The notes beneath the pieces are model-generated. The model was given only the letters and a program-made list of their open reading frames with translations. It searched no databases and was not told the origin of the DNA. DNA of 64,000 nucleotides from an uncultured Coriobacteriaceae bacterium. GTDB lineage: Bacteria; Actinomycetota; Coriobacteriia; Coriobacteriales; UMGS124. The DNA lies in NCBI GenBank assembly GCA_964510125.1, contig CAZEAF010000001.1, positions 2,362 through 66,361 of the forward strand. The letters run 5' to 3'. Shown here piece by piece: positions 40,647 through 49,614 of the stretch (position 1 is the first letter of the stretch; each line of letters starts with the position of its first letter). The position numbers were made by a program, and so were the translations under genes.

Positions 40647-41861
40647 ATGGACGCGAAGAAAGGCACGGATGCCAGCTCAGTCCGAACGCCGGCAAACATA
40701 GTCACCTGCGTGCGCATCCTGCTCATCCCGGTGTTGGTAGCGCTCATGCTGGTCCCTTGGGGCACCCCCGCGGTCAAGCCTTGGGTAGTGGTAGCCCTCT
40801 TCGCCCTCATCTCACTTACCGACTCTCTGGACGGCTACCTGGCAAGGTCTCGCGACGAGGTGACGACCTTCGGCAAGTTCATGGACCCCATAGCCGATAA
40901 GCTGCTGGTCCTGGCCGCCATGATGGCCTTGGTGGAGCAGGGGGCCCTGTCTAGCTGGGTTCCCATCGTCATCCTGGCCCGCGAGCTTCTGGTCTCGGGC
41001 ATGCGCATGATTGCCGCCTCGGCGGGGACCGTCATCGCCGCCTCCTACGTCGGCAAGGCAAAGACCCTGGTCACCATGGTCGCCGTCTGCCTCTTCATTA
41101 TCATGGACGCCTCGCAGTTCGCGGCTGTGTCGGGTCTGGTCCACGCCTTTGCCTGGCTGGTCATGATTGCGGCCGTCGTGCTCACCATAGTCTCGATGGT
41201 CGACTACTTCGTCAAGGCTAAGGACCTGTTTTTCGCAAGGCCGGTCAGAGCGGCACAGACTGGCTCGAGCAAGGCCGCGCAGACCCATGCCAGCCTGGCC
41301 CCGGCTGCCCAAGCCGATGGGAGCGATGTGGGACGCCTTGACCCGGCTGCCCTCGAGCCCACAACGCCCGAGCAGGTCGTCCTTCTGGCCCAGGAGTGGG
41401 GCGTGACCCTGGCGACGGCGGAGTCGCTCACAGGCGGCCTGGTCAGCTCACAGCTCACGAGTATCCCCGGGTCATCCCTCGTGGTCAAGGGCGGTATCGC
41501 CTCCTATATGCCCTCGGTCAAGGTGGGGGTCCTTCACGTAGCCTCCCGCACCATCGAGGAGAAGGGCGTCGTGTCCTCGCAGACTGCCGCCGAGATGGCC
41601 GAGGGGGCGCTTCGGGCCCTGGGCTCGGACGTTGCCGTGTCCATGACTGGGGTCGCCGGCCCCACGGGCGGCACCGCGCAGACCCCGGTGGGCACTGTGT
41701 GGATGGGCCTTGCCATCCGGGGCAGTTCCGACCGCCGGGTCCAGGTGGCCACTATAGAGCGGCATTTCGAAGGCAACCGGGCCCAGGTACGCGAGCAGAC
41801 GGCCCAGTGCGCCCTCTCCATGCTCATCCTCGGCATCAGAAAGGTCTCCGAGAGGGAGTAA
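40647..41861 (+). CDS. pgsA: fusion protein: CDP-diacylglycerol--glycerol-3-phosphate 3-phosphatidyltransferase + CinA C-terminal (PncC-type NMN amidohydrolase) domain
   Basis: The N-terminal half carries DSLDGYLARSRDEVTTFGKFMDPIADKL (CDP-alcohol transferase motif) and 4-5 TM segments. The C-terminal 160 aa carry LATAESLTGGLVSSQLTSIPGSS...MTGVAGPTGG (CinA/PncC). It is a single uninterrupted 404-codon frame. Confidence 0.82.
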   Translation: MDAKKGTDASSVRTPANIVTCVRILLIPVLVALMLVPWGTPAVKPWVVVALFALISLTDSLDGYLARSRDEVTTFGKFMDPIADKLLVLAAMMALVEQGALSSWVPIVILARELLVSGMRMIAASAGTVIAASYVGKAKTLVTMVAVCLFIIMDASQFAAVSGLVHAFAWLVMIAAVVLTIVSMVDYFVKAKDLFFARPVRAAQTGSSKAAQTHASLAPAAQADGSDVGRLDPAALEPTTPEQVVLLAQEWGVTLATAESLTGGLVSSQLTSIPGSSLVVKGGIASYMPSVKVGVLHVASRTIEEKGVVSSQTAAEMAEGALRALGSDVAVSMTGVAGPTGGTAQTPVGTVWMGLAIRGSSDRRVQVATIERHFEGNRAQVREQTAQCALSMLILGIRKVSERE

Positions 41862-41966
41862 GCAGCCCCGCTGTGCAAAAACGCCCAAATTGTCAGGCCA
41901 CCGTAAGGTTTCTGTCCCCACCTGTGTGCAAGACTTAAGGATAAGAAGCCGACCGCGGTAGAGGCT

Positions 41967-41995
41967 TTGACGCAGAACAATTGTTCGTGTATTCT
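41967..41995 (+). promoter_or_regulatory. recA promoter (-35 TTGACG, 17 nt, -10 TATTCT) with an embedded LexA box GAACAATTGTTC (41975-41986)
   Basis: A perfect GAAC-N4-GTTC palindrome occupies the spacer of a near-consensus promoter, about 30 nt upstream of the recA start. Confidence 0.8.
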
Positions 41996-42024
41996 CTTTG
42001 GGACAGCAAAGGCAAGGAGACGCT

Positions 42025-43137
42025 ATGACCACCAAGAAAACCACCTCGTCCAAAGAGGTGCATGCACCGAGCACCGGCGAAGAGCGCGAGCGCATGATCG
42101 ACCTCACCACCAGTGAAATCACCAAGCGCTTTGGCAAGGGCGCCATCATGAAGTACGGTGATGGGGCCCTTGACCTCGAGATAGAGGCAATCCCCACCGG
42201 CGCCCTGTCGCTCGACGCCGCCTTGGGAATCGGGGGCGTCCCCCGTGGCCGCATAATCGAAATCTACGGCCCTGAGTCCAGTGGCAAGACGACCCTTTCT
42301 CTGGAGATCCTGGCCGAAGCCCAGGCCATGGGCGGAGTCGTCGCCTTCATCGACGCTGAGCACGCCCTCGACCCCAGCTATGCCGCCCGCATCGGCGTGG
42401 ACATCGACGAGGTCCTCATCTCCCAACCCGACACCGGCGAGGACGCCCTGGAAATCTGCGACATGCTGGTCCGCTCGGGTGCCATCGACGTCGTGGTCAT
42501 CGACTCCGTGGCCGCCCTGGTCCCCCGTGCCGAGATTGAAGGCGAGATTGGTGACACGGTCGTTGGCATGCAAGCCCGCCTCATGAGCCAGGCCCTGCGC
42601 AAGCTTGCCGGCTCGCTCTCCAAGTCCAAGACCACCTGCATCTTCATCAACCAGCTGCGCGAGAAGATAGGTGTCATGTTCGGCAACCCCGAGACCACGC
42701 CCGGTGGCCGCGCCCTCAAGTTCTACGCCTCCGTCCGCATGGAGATCCGCCGGGTAGACACCATCAAACAGGGCGGCGACATCGTGGGTAACCGCGTCCG
42801 CGTCAAGGTAGTCAAGAACAAGGTGGCCCCGCCCTTCAAGCAGGCCGAGTTCGACGTCCTCTATGGCGAGGGCATCTCCAAGGAAGGGTGCCTTTTGGAC
42901 ATGGCTGTGGACGAGGGCATCGTGGAGAAGTCAGGCGCTTGGTACACCTACCAAGGCGAGCGCCTGGGGCAGGGGCGCGACGCCGCCCGCCTGTTCCTCA
43001 AGACCAGTCCCGACCTCACCCAGGAACTCGACCACAAGGTCCGCGTGGCCATCGGCCTCGAGGTCGACGATGACGAGCCGGTCGGCGAGCCCATTGGCCT
43101 CGATGTCCCCGGGGACGATCAGCCCTTCGAGGAATGA
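42025..43137 (+). CDS. recA: recombinase A
   Basis: [20 protein letters not shown], and loops L1/L2. AAGGAGA precedes ATG 42025. Confidence 0.98.
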   Translation: MTTKKTTSSKEVHAPSTGEERERMIDLTTSEITKRFGKGAIMKYGDGALDLEIEAIPTGALSLDAALGIGGVPRGRIIEIYGPESSGKTTLSLEILAEAQAMGGVVAFIDAEHALDPSYAARIGVDIDEVLISQPDTGEDALEICDMLVRSGAIDVVVIDSVAALVPRAEIEGEIGDTVVGMQARLMSQALRKLAGSLSKSKTTCIFINQLREKIGVMFGNPETTPGGRALKFYASVRMEIRRVDTIKQGGDIVGNRVRVKVVKNKVAPPFKQAEFDVLYGEGISKEGCLLDMAVDEGIVEKSGAWYTYQGERLGQGRDAARLFLKTSPDLTQELDHKVRVAIGLEVDDDEPVGEPIGLDVPGDDQPFEE

Positions 43138-43895
43138 TGGCCAGTCCCAAGGACGTCGAGCTGGTCCGCAGGCAGCTAAGCGACCTTTTGGCCCGGCAGG
43201 AGGAACGCCGGGCCAAAAGGACGCGCACAACTCCTCCCGTCTACCTGGCGGGAGGGATTGCCCCCCAAAAGACAAGCTCGCACCAGGGCGCCTCAATCAG
43301 CTGGGTCCGGGTGGACGAGCAGACGCAGCGAGGGGAGATACCCGTCCCCTGCGCCGTGGCCAAGGCCTTTGGTGACCAGCGCGGCTTCGACTCCCTGGGG
43401 GAGCTTCACGACTGCATAACCACTGTGACCGAGGACTGCCTGCGCAAACGCCTGACATCCCTGCTCAACGTGCGCGACTACGCCCCCAGCGAAATCCGGG
43501 GGAAGCTCTCGGCCGACGGCTATGAGGCCCGGGACATCGAGAAGGCCATCGAGCGGGCCAAGTCCTGCGCCCTGCTGGACGAGAGCCGCTACGGAGCCTC
43601 CTTTGTCCGAGCCCACGTCCGCAAAGGCTGGGGCAGGGGCCGTATAGAGCGGGAGCTGCGCCAACGGGGCATAGACCCCCGGTCCATCGAGGGCTACCCC
43701 GACCGCTTTTTTGAGGATGACGAAATCGACCGGGCCCGCCAGGCACTGGCCACCAAGCGGGTCTCGGAGCCCAACCGCGAGGCCAAGCTCGCGCGCTTCC
43801 TGCTGAGTCGGGGATTTTCCCAGGATGTCGCCATCCGGGCAGCTCGCGACCGTATGGTACAGGACCGCTCACAGGCTCTCGGGGAACAGATGTGA
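43134..43895 (+). CDS. recX: recombination regulator RecX
   Basis: Overlaps the recA stop (ATGATG). Repeated three-helix modules ([15 protein letters not shown]..., [11 protein letters not shown]..., ARFLLSRGF). Confidence 0.82.
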   Translation: MMASPKDVELVRRQLSDLLARQEERRAKRTRTTPPVYLAGGIAPQKTSSHQGASISWVRVDEQTQRGEIPVPCAVAKAFGDQRGFDSLGELHDCITTVTEDCLRKRLTSLLNVRDYAPSEIRGKLSADGYEARDIEKAIERAKSCALLDESRYGASFVRAHVRKGWGRGRIERELRQRGIDPRSIEGYPDRFFEDDEIDRARQALATKRVSEPNREAKLARFLLSRGFSQDVAIRAARDRMVQDRSQALGEQM

Positions 43896-43973
43896 AGAAA
43901 CGACCCCAATCCAAAAACCGGGATTTTTTCCTTGCACCGGCTTTGGCGCAATGATAATGTTCTCACCTGTTGA

Positions 43974-44050
<77 letters not shown>

Positions 44051-44060
44051 CGACATGATG

Positions 44061-44098
44061 AGAGGTCACGGGGCTCCCTGGTCCTGTGGCCTCTTTTC
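44061..44098 (+). terminator. candidate terminator after tRNA-Pro
   Basis: Imperfect hairpin AGAGGTCAC...GTGGCCTCT followed by TTTT. Confidence 0.4.
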
Positions 44099-44188
44099 GT
44101 TTCCGCGGCTTTTGTCCCACGGACGACGGGGCCAGCGGGTAGGATGCTGTAAGGAACAAGAGACGAGAGACGCTAGGGGAGGGCAAGT

Positions 44189-44848
44189 ATGGCGCGCGAG
44201 CTTGACGTGGACAAATCAGGGCATCAGCCTGGCACGCCGGAGAACCCCCTGCATACCGTCCTCACCCTCCCGAACCTCGTCACCCTCTGCCGCCTGATAC
44301 TCACGATTTGCTTCCTCTTCATGTATCCCCATGAGGAATACCGGGTGCCCGCCATCGTCATCTTCATCATCGCGGCCACAACCGACTGGATTGACGGCCA
44401 GATGGCCCGCCGGCTCCACCAGGTGAGTGTCTTTGGGAAGCGCTTCGACCCCGTCATGGACCGGGTCCTCATCTTCTCAGGCGTCTTGGCCCTCTACTTG
44501 GCTGGCCGCATCCCCACTTTCGTTGCCGTCTTCCTCATCATCCGAGACGTCTACTTGGCGATTGGTGGCGCCGTCCTCAAGGTCTTCACGGGCCACATCA
44601 TCGACGTGGCCTATATCGGCAAGGCCGCGACCCTCATCATCATGAGCGGCTTTGCCATCCTGCTCTTCAACTTCTTCCCCGTGCCCGGCCTGGGCCTGAT
44701 TGAGTCGGCCCAGCTACCTGGTTGGGGCGCCCAGCCCGTGAGCCTGGGCATGTGGGCAGTCTACGTGGGATGTGTCCTGTCCTTCCTTACCGCCTGCGTC
44801 TACACGGCACGTGGCATCCGGGCCCTGCGCGCCAACCGGACCCACTAG
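44189..44848 (+). CDS. second CDP-alcohol phosphatidyltransferase family protein (specificity unknown)
   Basis: DWIDGQMARRLHQVSVFGKRFDPVMDRV fits D-x2-DG-x2-AR-x8-G-x3-D-x3-D. Polytopic. GGGGAGGG upstream. Confidence 0.78.
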   Translation: MARELDVDKSGHQPGTPENPLHTVLTLPNLVTLCRLILTICFLFMYPHEEYRVPAIVIFIIAATTDWIDGQMARRLHQVSVFGKRFDPVMDRVLIFSGVLALYLAGRIPTFVAVFLIIRDVYLAIGGAVLKVFTGHIIDVAYIGKAATLIIMSGFAILLFNFFPVPGLGLIESAQLPGWGAQPVSLGMWAVYVGCVLSFLTACVYTARGIRALRANRTH

Positions 44849-44872
44849 ACCGTCCTTGCAAAGGAGACGACC

Positions 44873-46042
44873 ATGAGAGCCCCCTCCAGCCTTTTCCTGC
44901 GCATCTTCGCGACTCTCGTGGGGTCCATGGCCTGCCTGGCGCTTGCGGCGGCCCCCCTTGCCGCGCAGGCTGAGACCCTTTCCCTTGCGCCTGACGAGGT
45001 CCCGGCGGTGTTCGCCGCAGGAGCGGTGGTATGCGACGAGGACGGCAACGTCCTGTGGGGTGTCAATGAGAATGTCTCGGTCCCCATGGCCTCAACGACC
45101 AAGGTCATGACGGCGGTGCTCGCCATCGAGAGCGGCCTATCCCTGGACACGACCTACACGGTCTCCGAGCTCGCGGCTGAAAACGAGAGCACCGTGGTCG
45201 GCTATGAGGCCGGCGAGGTCGTGACCCTAGGCGACATGCTCAAAATCATGATGGTCCTCTCGGCCGGTGACGCTGCCGTGGGCATTTCCGAGTGCGTCTC
45301 TGGCTCTCAGGAGGCCTTCATCGACCTGATGAACCAGAGGGCTCAGGAACTGGGACTGACGGGCACCCATTACTCGCGGCCCGACGGCTACATAGACGCC
45401 GACAACTACACCACGCCGGTCGACGAGGTGACTCTCGCCCGCTACGCCATGTCCCTGCCCCTCTTCCGCACCCTGGTGGGGTCCACCTCCGTCACCATCC
45501 CCGTGGGCGGCGTCACCAAGACCTACCACAACTCCGACCAGCTGCTCGATTACTATCCGGGCATGCAGGGCATCAAGACGGGCTTCACCTATGGGGCCGG
45601 CTACTGCTTTGTGGGCTGTGCCCAGCGTGGCGGGGTGACCATATACACCTGCGTGCTGGGGGACGAGGAGGAGGAGTACCGCGTGTCGGACACCATTGCC
45701 CTTCTGGACTGGGCCTTCGACCACTATTCCTCCACGACCGTCATCACCGACTCCGACCAGCTCAGCGCCTTTGGGGTCCTGACCTCGGGCGCCCTTTTCG
45801 GAAGATCCGTTCTGACCGCGCCTGTCTCCTCTGTGGGCCTGCGCGGTGCCGACGGCGAGGTCCAGGTGTCTACACAGTCCACCGAGGCCGAGCAGGTCTA
45901 CCCGGGCTCCGTCGTCGGCGTGATAGAGGCCGCCAGCGCCACCGGTTCCGTCGCTCGCGAGGTGCTGGCCTCCGAGGCCGACACCCCCACCCAGACCTTC
46001 GGCCCCTTTGTGTCTCAGCTCTTCTACGAGGGTTGCGACTAG
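44873..46042 (+). CDS. D-alanyl-D-alanine carboxypeptidase (S11 family, low-MW PBP)
   Basis: Signal peptide, SxxK motif ASTTKVMTA, and a SAGD (SxN-like) motif. Confidence 0.82.
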   Translation: MRAPSSLFLRIFATLVGSMACLALAAAPLAAQAETLSLAPDEVPAVFAAGAVVCDEDGNVLWGVNENVSVPMASTTKVMTAVLAIESGLSLDTTYTVSELAAENESTVVGYEAGEVVTLGDMLKIMMVLSAGDAAVGISECVSGSQEAFIDLMNQRAQELGLTGTHYSRPDGYIDADNYTTPVDEVTLARYAMSLPLFRTLVGSTSVTIPVGGVTKTYHNSDQLLDYYPGMQGIKTGFTYGAGYCFVGCAQRGGVTIYTCVLGDEEEEYRVSDTIALLDWAFDHYSSTTVITDSDQLSAFGVLTSGALFGRSVLTAPVSSVGLRGADGEVQVSTQSTEAEQVYPGSVVGVIEAASATGSVAREVLASEADTPTQTFGPFVSQLFYEGCD

Positions 46043-46197
46043 CGGCCGAACTGCAGGCTCAAGTCGCCCTTAAGACTTTTTGAAGACATGTCGTATTACC
46101 CTGATGGAGCGGTTGATACCAGGCCCCAGCACAGGATGGGGTAGTATTAACCTTAACGTGAATCTCAATATGCCATCCCAGGAAAGGAATCATATCC

Positions 46198-46602
46198 ATG
46201 GATGCCGCCGATAACAGCCGGTTCGACTCCGACCGCACACAGGCCTTTGTCCTCTCCAACCCCGACGCCACCATCCCCGGCATCTCCACCGCGACCCCCT
46301 CGGGCCTGGCCAGCCTGGTCATCGTGCGTGGCCCCCTCAGCGGCGAGCGCTTTGAGCTCGACACGACCGAGACCACCATCGGGCGCGACCCCTCCTGCGG
46401 GGTCTTCCTCAACGACCGCACGGTCTCCCGACACCATGCCCGCCTCACCATCCGCGACGGCTCGGCCATGATTGAGGACCTGGGCTCCCTTAACGGCACC
46501 TGGGTCGACGGTGCCATCATGTCCTCCGGCGCCCTCCACAATGGGTCGACCATCCAGATAGGTACCTTCAAGATGATCCTCAACATCCCGCAGGACAAGT
46601 AG
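46198..46602 (+). CDS. FHA domain protein (GarA/OdhI-like position)
   Basis: C-terminal FHA signature GRDPSCGVFLNDRTVSRHHARL...DLGSLNGTWV. Followed by a MerR gene, as in the garA-ftsR pairs of other Actinobacteria. Confidence 0.82.
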   Translation: MDAADNSRFDSDRTQAFVLSNPDATIPGISTATPSGLASLVIVRGPLSGERFELDTTETTIGRDPSCGVFLNDRTVSRHHARLTIRDGSAMIEDLGSLNGTWVDGAIMSSGALHNGSTIQIGTFKMILNIPQDK

Positions 46603-46608
46603 CCGACC

Positions 46609-47337
46609 ATGGCCGCATCCACCTACAACATCGGCAAGGTCGTCAAGAAGCTTGAGCCCACGCATCCCGGTCTCTCAATCTCCAAGGTGCGCTACTTGGA
46701 GTCAAAGGGCCTCGTCAACCCACAGCGCACCAAGAGCGGCTACCGGGTCTACACCGACGAGGACATCCGCCGGCTGGACGCGGTGCTCAAGCTCCAGGAG
46801 ACCTGCTTCTACCCCCTCCAGGTCATCAAGGACAAGCTCGACGCCGCCGACGGGGCGCCCTTGGAGGAGCTGTCCAGTCGTGAGGTGCAAGCGGCTGAGG
46901 AGGATATGATTGTCCACAGTCCCCACTTCCTTGATGACCTGCCCGCCCTCATTGGCATACCCATCAGCTTCGTGCGGCAGCTGTCCGAGGCGGGGATTGT
47001 CACCATCCAGCGGGGAAGGCACGGCCGCGAGTTCGTGGACGGACACGACGTCCCCACCATCCGGTCCGCCTTCGAGCTCAAGCGCTACGGGCTGGAGCCC
47101 CGCCTTTTGCGCCAGTATGTGCAGCAGGCCAACCGCGAGCTACCGACCTTCCGCCAGATTCTCTCGACTACCATGGGACGGCAGGGGACCTTGGACGACC
47201 CGCGCACCGTCGAGACCTTCGACACGACCCTGGCCAACCTCCTGGAGCTCACCGGCCGCATCCGCAACGACATCGTTCGTCAGTCCCTGCGCCGTGAGTT
47301 CAAACACCCCGAGGCCCAGTGCGCTCCGGTCGAGTAA
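46609..47337 (+). CDS. MerR-family transcriptional regulator (FtsR-like by position)
   Basis: N-terminal YNIGKVVKKLEPTHPGLSISKVRYLESKGLVNPQRTKSGYRVY is a MerR HTH. A second MerR-like repeat lies in the C-terminal half. Confidence 0.8.
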   Translation: MAASTYNIGKVVKKLEPTHPGLSISKVRYLESKGLVNPQRTKSGYRVYTDEDIRRLDAVLKLQETCFYPLQVIKDKLDAADGAPLEELSSREVQAAEEDMIVHSPHFLDDLPALIGIPISFVRQLSEAGIVTIQRGRHGREFVDGHDVPTIRSAFELKRYGLEPRLLRQYVQQANRELPTFRQILSTTMGRQGTLDDPRTVETFDTTLANLLELTGRIRNDIVRQSLRREFKHPEAQCAPVE

Positions 47338-47400
47338 GCATACGTTAACAATAACCGTGAAAGGCAAAGCGCCGCAGGCTGAGAGGGGAGGACGCCGCCC

Positions 47401-48543
47401 ATGAGGCAAGCTGATGAGACGTCCTACCCTTTGAGTAGGCGGGACTTTGTCTTTAGCACCGCCTCGGCCGGCACTGTTGTCCTGTGTCTCCTCCTGACAG
47501 GCATGGCTTTTCGCCGGCAGGCCCTTGCAGCCCCCACCCAGGCGCGCGGTGAGGAGGAGACGGCGGCCCTCACGGCGGCCCAACAGCAGTACGACGAGGC
47601 CAAGGACAAGCTCGAGACCATCGGCGCCCAGCTGGAGGACACTAAGTACCAGCGGGACCAGACAGCCGACGAGCTCAAGCAGCTGGGGGTTGACATCGAG
47701 GTCACCCAGAGTGGCATCGACGACAAGACCCGTGAGCTGGACCAGGCCCAGAACGCCTTGGCCGCCCTCATGCAGATTACCTACAAGTCGGGCCACACCT
47801 CCATGCTCGACATCTTCTTCTCATCCTCCAGTATCAACGACCTCGTGACCCGCACCTACTACGCAGCTAAGGTCCAGAACGCCCAGGTCTCCACCATCGA
47901 GGACATCCGGGTGCTCAAGAAGGAGCTCGAGGAGCGGCGGGCCACCCTGTCCTCCCAACAGGACGAGCAGAACAAGCTCCTGGTCCAGCTGGATGAGCAG
48001 GAGCAGCAGCTCAAGGCCAGCCAGGACGAGGCCAACCAGGTCCTAGCCCAGCTCTCAGTCGAGGTCCAGGAGCTCTTTGCTGCCCAGCAGACCGAGCTCC
48101 AGGCGGCCGCCCAGGCCCGCGCCTCTGCCCAGGCGGCTGCGGAGGGCGGGGAGGCACTCGGCGTGTACGCCCCCTCGAAGTCCCAGGGGTCCATCGTGGA
48201 GAACGCCTATGCCTGCCTGGGCATCCCTTACGTCTGGGGTGGCGATGACGAGAACTTTGCAGAGAAGGGCGGCTTTGACTGCTCGGGCTTCTGCCAGCAC
48301 TGCTACGCCCTGGAGGGCTGGGCGATAGGCCGCACCACCTGGGACCAAATCGACCAAATCAACGCCGCGGGCAACTGGAGGGACTCGCTGGACGACCTGC
48401 AGCAAGGCGATTTGATTTTCCCCAGGGACTCGCACGTGGGGATATATATTGGGAACTATCAGATGATTGACGCACCCTATCCGGGTATGTTCATCCAGGT
48501 TGACGATATCACCGATTTCCTGGGCGGCGGCTCCCCAATCTAA
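47401..48543 (+). CDS. secreted coiled-coil NlpC/P60 peptidoglycan endopeptidase (RipA/PcsB-like architecture)
   Basis: Tat-like signal SRRDFVFSTASAG, a Q/E/L-rich coiled coil of about 230 aa, and a C-terminal YVWGGDD...FDCSGF...H catalytic domain. Confidence 0.85.
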   Translation: MRQADETSYPLSRRDFVFSTASAGTVVLCLLLTGMAFRRQALAAPTQARGEEETAALTAAQQQYDEAKDKLETIGAQLEDTKYQRDQTADELKQLGVDIEVTQSGIDDKTRELDQAQNALAALMQITYKSGHTSMLDIFFSSSSINDLVTRTYYAAKVQNAQVSTIEDIRVLKKELEERRATLSSQQDEQNKLLVQLDEQEQQLKASQDEANQVLAQLSVEVQELFAAQQTELQAAAQARASAQAAAEGGEALGVYAPSKSQGSIVENAYACLGIPYVWGGDDENFAEKGGFDCSGFCQHCYALEGWAIGRTTWDQIDQINAAGNWRDSLDDLQQGDLIFPRDSHVGIYIGNYQMIDAPYPGMFIQVDDITDFLGGGSPI

Positions 48544-48569
48544 GGGAGGCCCCACGCTGGAAGGCGTTC

Positions 48570-49385
48570 TTGGAGGCGGTTTTGAAGAGATCTCAAGAGC
48601 TTGAAGGACCTGAAGCACATAAAGTCGACGCCATCTCCCAGAGAAAGCGCCGCCTGGTCGTCATCGTGGTTGCCGTGATTCTGCTTGCCATCGCAGTGGC
48701 CATCACCGTCGCTATCATGCCCTTCATGAAGCAGCTGGCGGTTGACGACGATTTCCAGGCCGACTTTGTGAAGTGGGTTTCCAGCCAGGGGGTCTTTGGC
48801 TTTTTGGTCCTGCTGACCTTGCAGATTCTCCAGATAGTGATTGCCTTTATCCCCGGCGAGATTGTTCAGGTCGTGGCAGGTGCCATGTACGGCACCTGGG
48901 GCGGGCTGGGTCTTTGCTTTTTGGGCTGCATCATCGCCAGCGCCGCCGTCTATGCCTTGGTTGCGCGCTTTGGACGGGACTTCGTCGTGACAGCGATAGG
49001 GGAGGAGAAGCTCGCCAAGTTCGACTTCCTCAATAGCTCTGAGAAGTTGGACACCATTGTGTTCGTCCTTTTCCTCATCCCCGGCATCCCCAAGGACGTC
49101 CTGACCTACATCGTCCCCCTGACCCCCATGCACATGAAGACCTTCCTGATTCTTTCCAACGTCGCCCGCATCCCCGGCATGATTGCGTCAACCTTGGTGG
49201 GCTCCAGCATCGTCGATACCAACTGGGTCGCCATCATCATCGTCTTCGCCATAGTCGCGGTCATCGGCGGCCTCGGCATCTGGAAGCACGACGCCATCAT
49301 GTCCTGGGCCAAGTCCCACAGCCACCATACGGGCGGCCACAATACTGGCGACAATGCGTCGTCTGACAAACACCATCGGCATTAG
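48570..49385 (+). CDS. TVP38/TMEM64 (DedA-related) family membrane protein
   Basis: Polytopic; FIPGEIVQVVAGAMYG and PGIPKDVLTYI motifs. The TTG start is uncertain. Confidence 0.7.
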   Translation: MEAVLKRSQELEGPEAHKVDAISQRKRRLVVIVVAVILLAIAVAITVAIMPFMKQLAVDDDFQADFVKWVSSQGVFGFLVLLTLQILQIVIAFIPGEIVQVVAGAMYGTWGGLGLCFLGCIIASAAVYALVARFGRDFVVTAIGEEKLAKFDFLNSSEKLDTIVFVLFLIPGIPKDVLTYIVPLTPMHMKTFLILSNVARIPGMIASTLVGSSIVDTNWVAIIIVFAIVAVIGGLGIWKHDAIMSWAKSHSHHTGGHNTGDNASSDKHHRH

Positions 49386-49489
49386 CAGGCAGGCCCGACA
49401 CCCACACGCTTCTGAATCCGCCCATGAGCATATCGGGCGGCCTTTGGCTTCCCGCACCGGCGCTGCCAGCGCTTTCTATGGTAATCCAA

Positions 49490-49517
49490 ATGTTACATAA
49501 GATATATTATCGGATTT
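49490..49517 (-). other. dif: candidate dif site (XerC/XerD chromosome-dimer resolution site), 11-6-11
   Basis: The minus strand reads AAATCCGATAA-TATATC-TTATGTAACAT. By hand alignment this is 21/28 identical to B. subtilis dif and 18/28 to E. coli dif, with the TTATGTAA XerD-arm core intact. It lies in the gap where gene orientation switches from plus to minus (convergent). Confidence 0.65.
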
Positions 49518-49559
49518 TTCTAGGGGAGTGTGAGTTACAGCGCAGACCATGGGCGACTC

Positions 49560-49582
49560 GCGGTAGGTCCCCTCCCTACCGC
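49560..49582. terminator. 8-bp stem hairpin downstream of dut (no U-tract)
   Basis: GCGGTAGG-tcccctc-CCTACCGC lies 33 nt beyond the dut stop. Confidence 0.3.
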
Positions 49583-49614
49583 TACCGGACAGCCTCATGC
49601 ATGCGCGGGCAGGC

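Noticed and set aside
47338-47400. A c-di-AMP (ydaO-type) riboswitch, which often precedes actinobacterial NlpC/P60 or Rpf genes.
   Set aside because: The gap is only 63 nt, and the Tat signal peptide begins right at the annotated start. There is no room for a riboswitch of about 130 nt.
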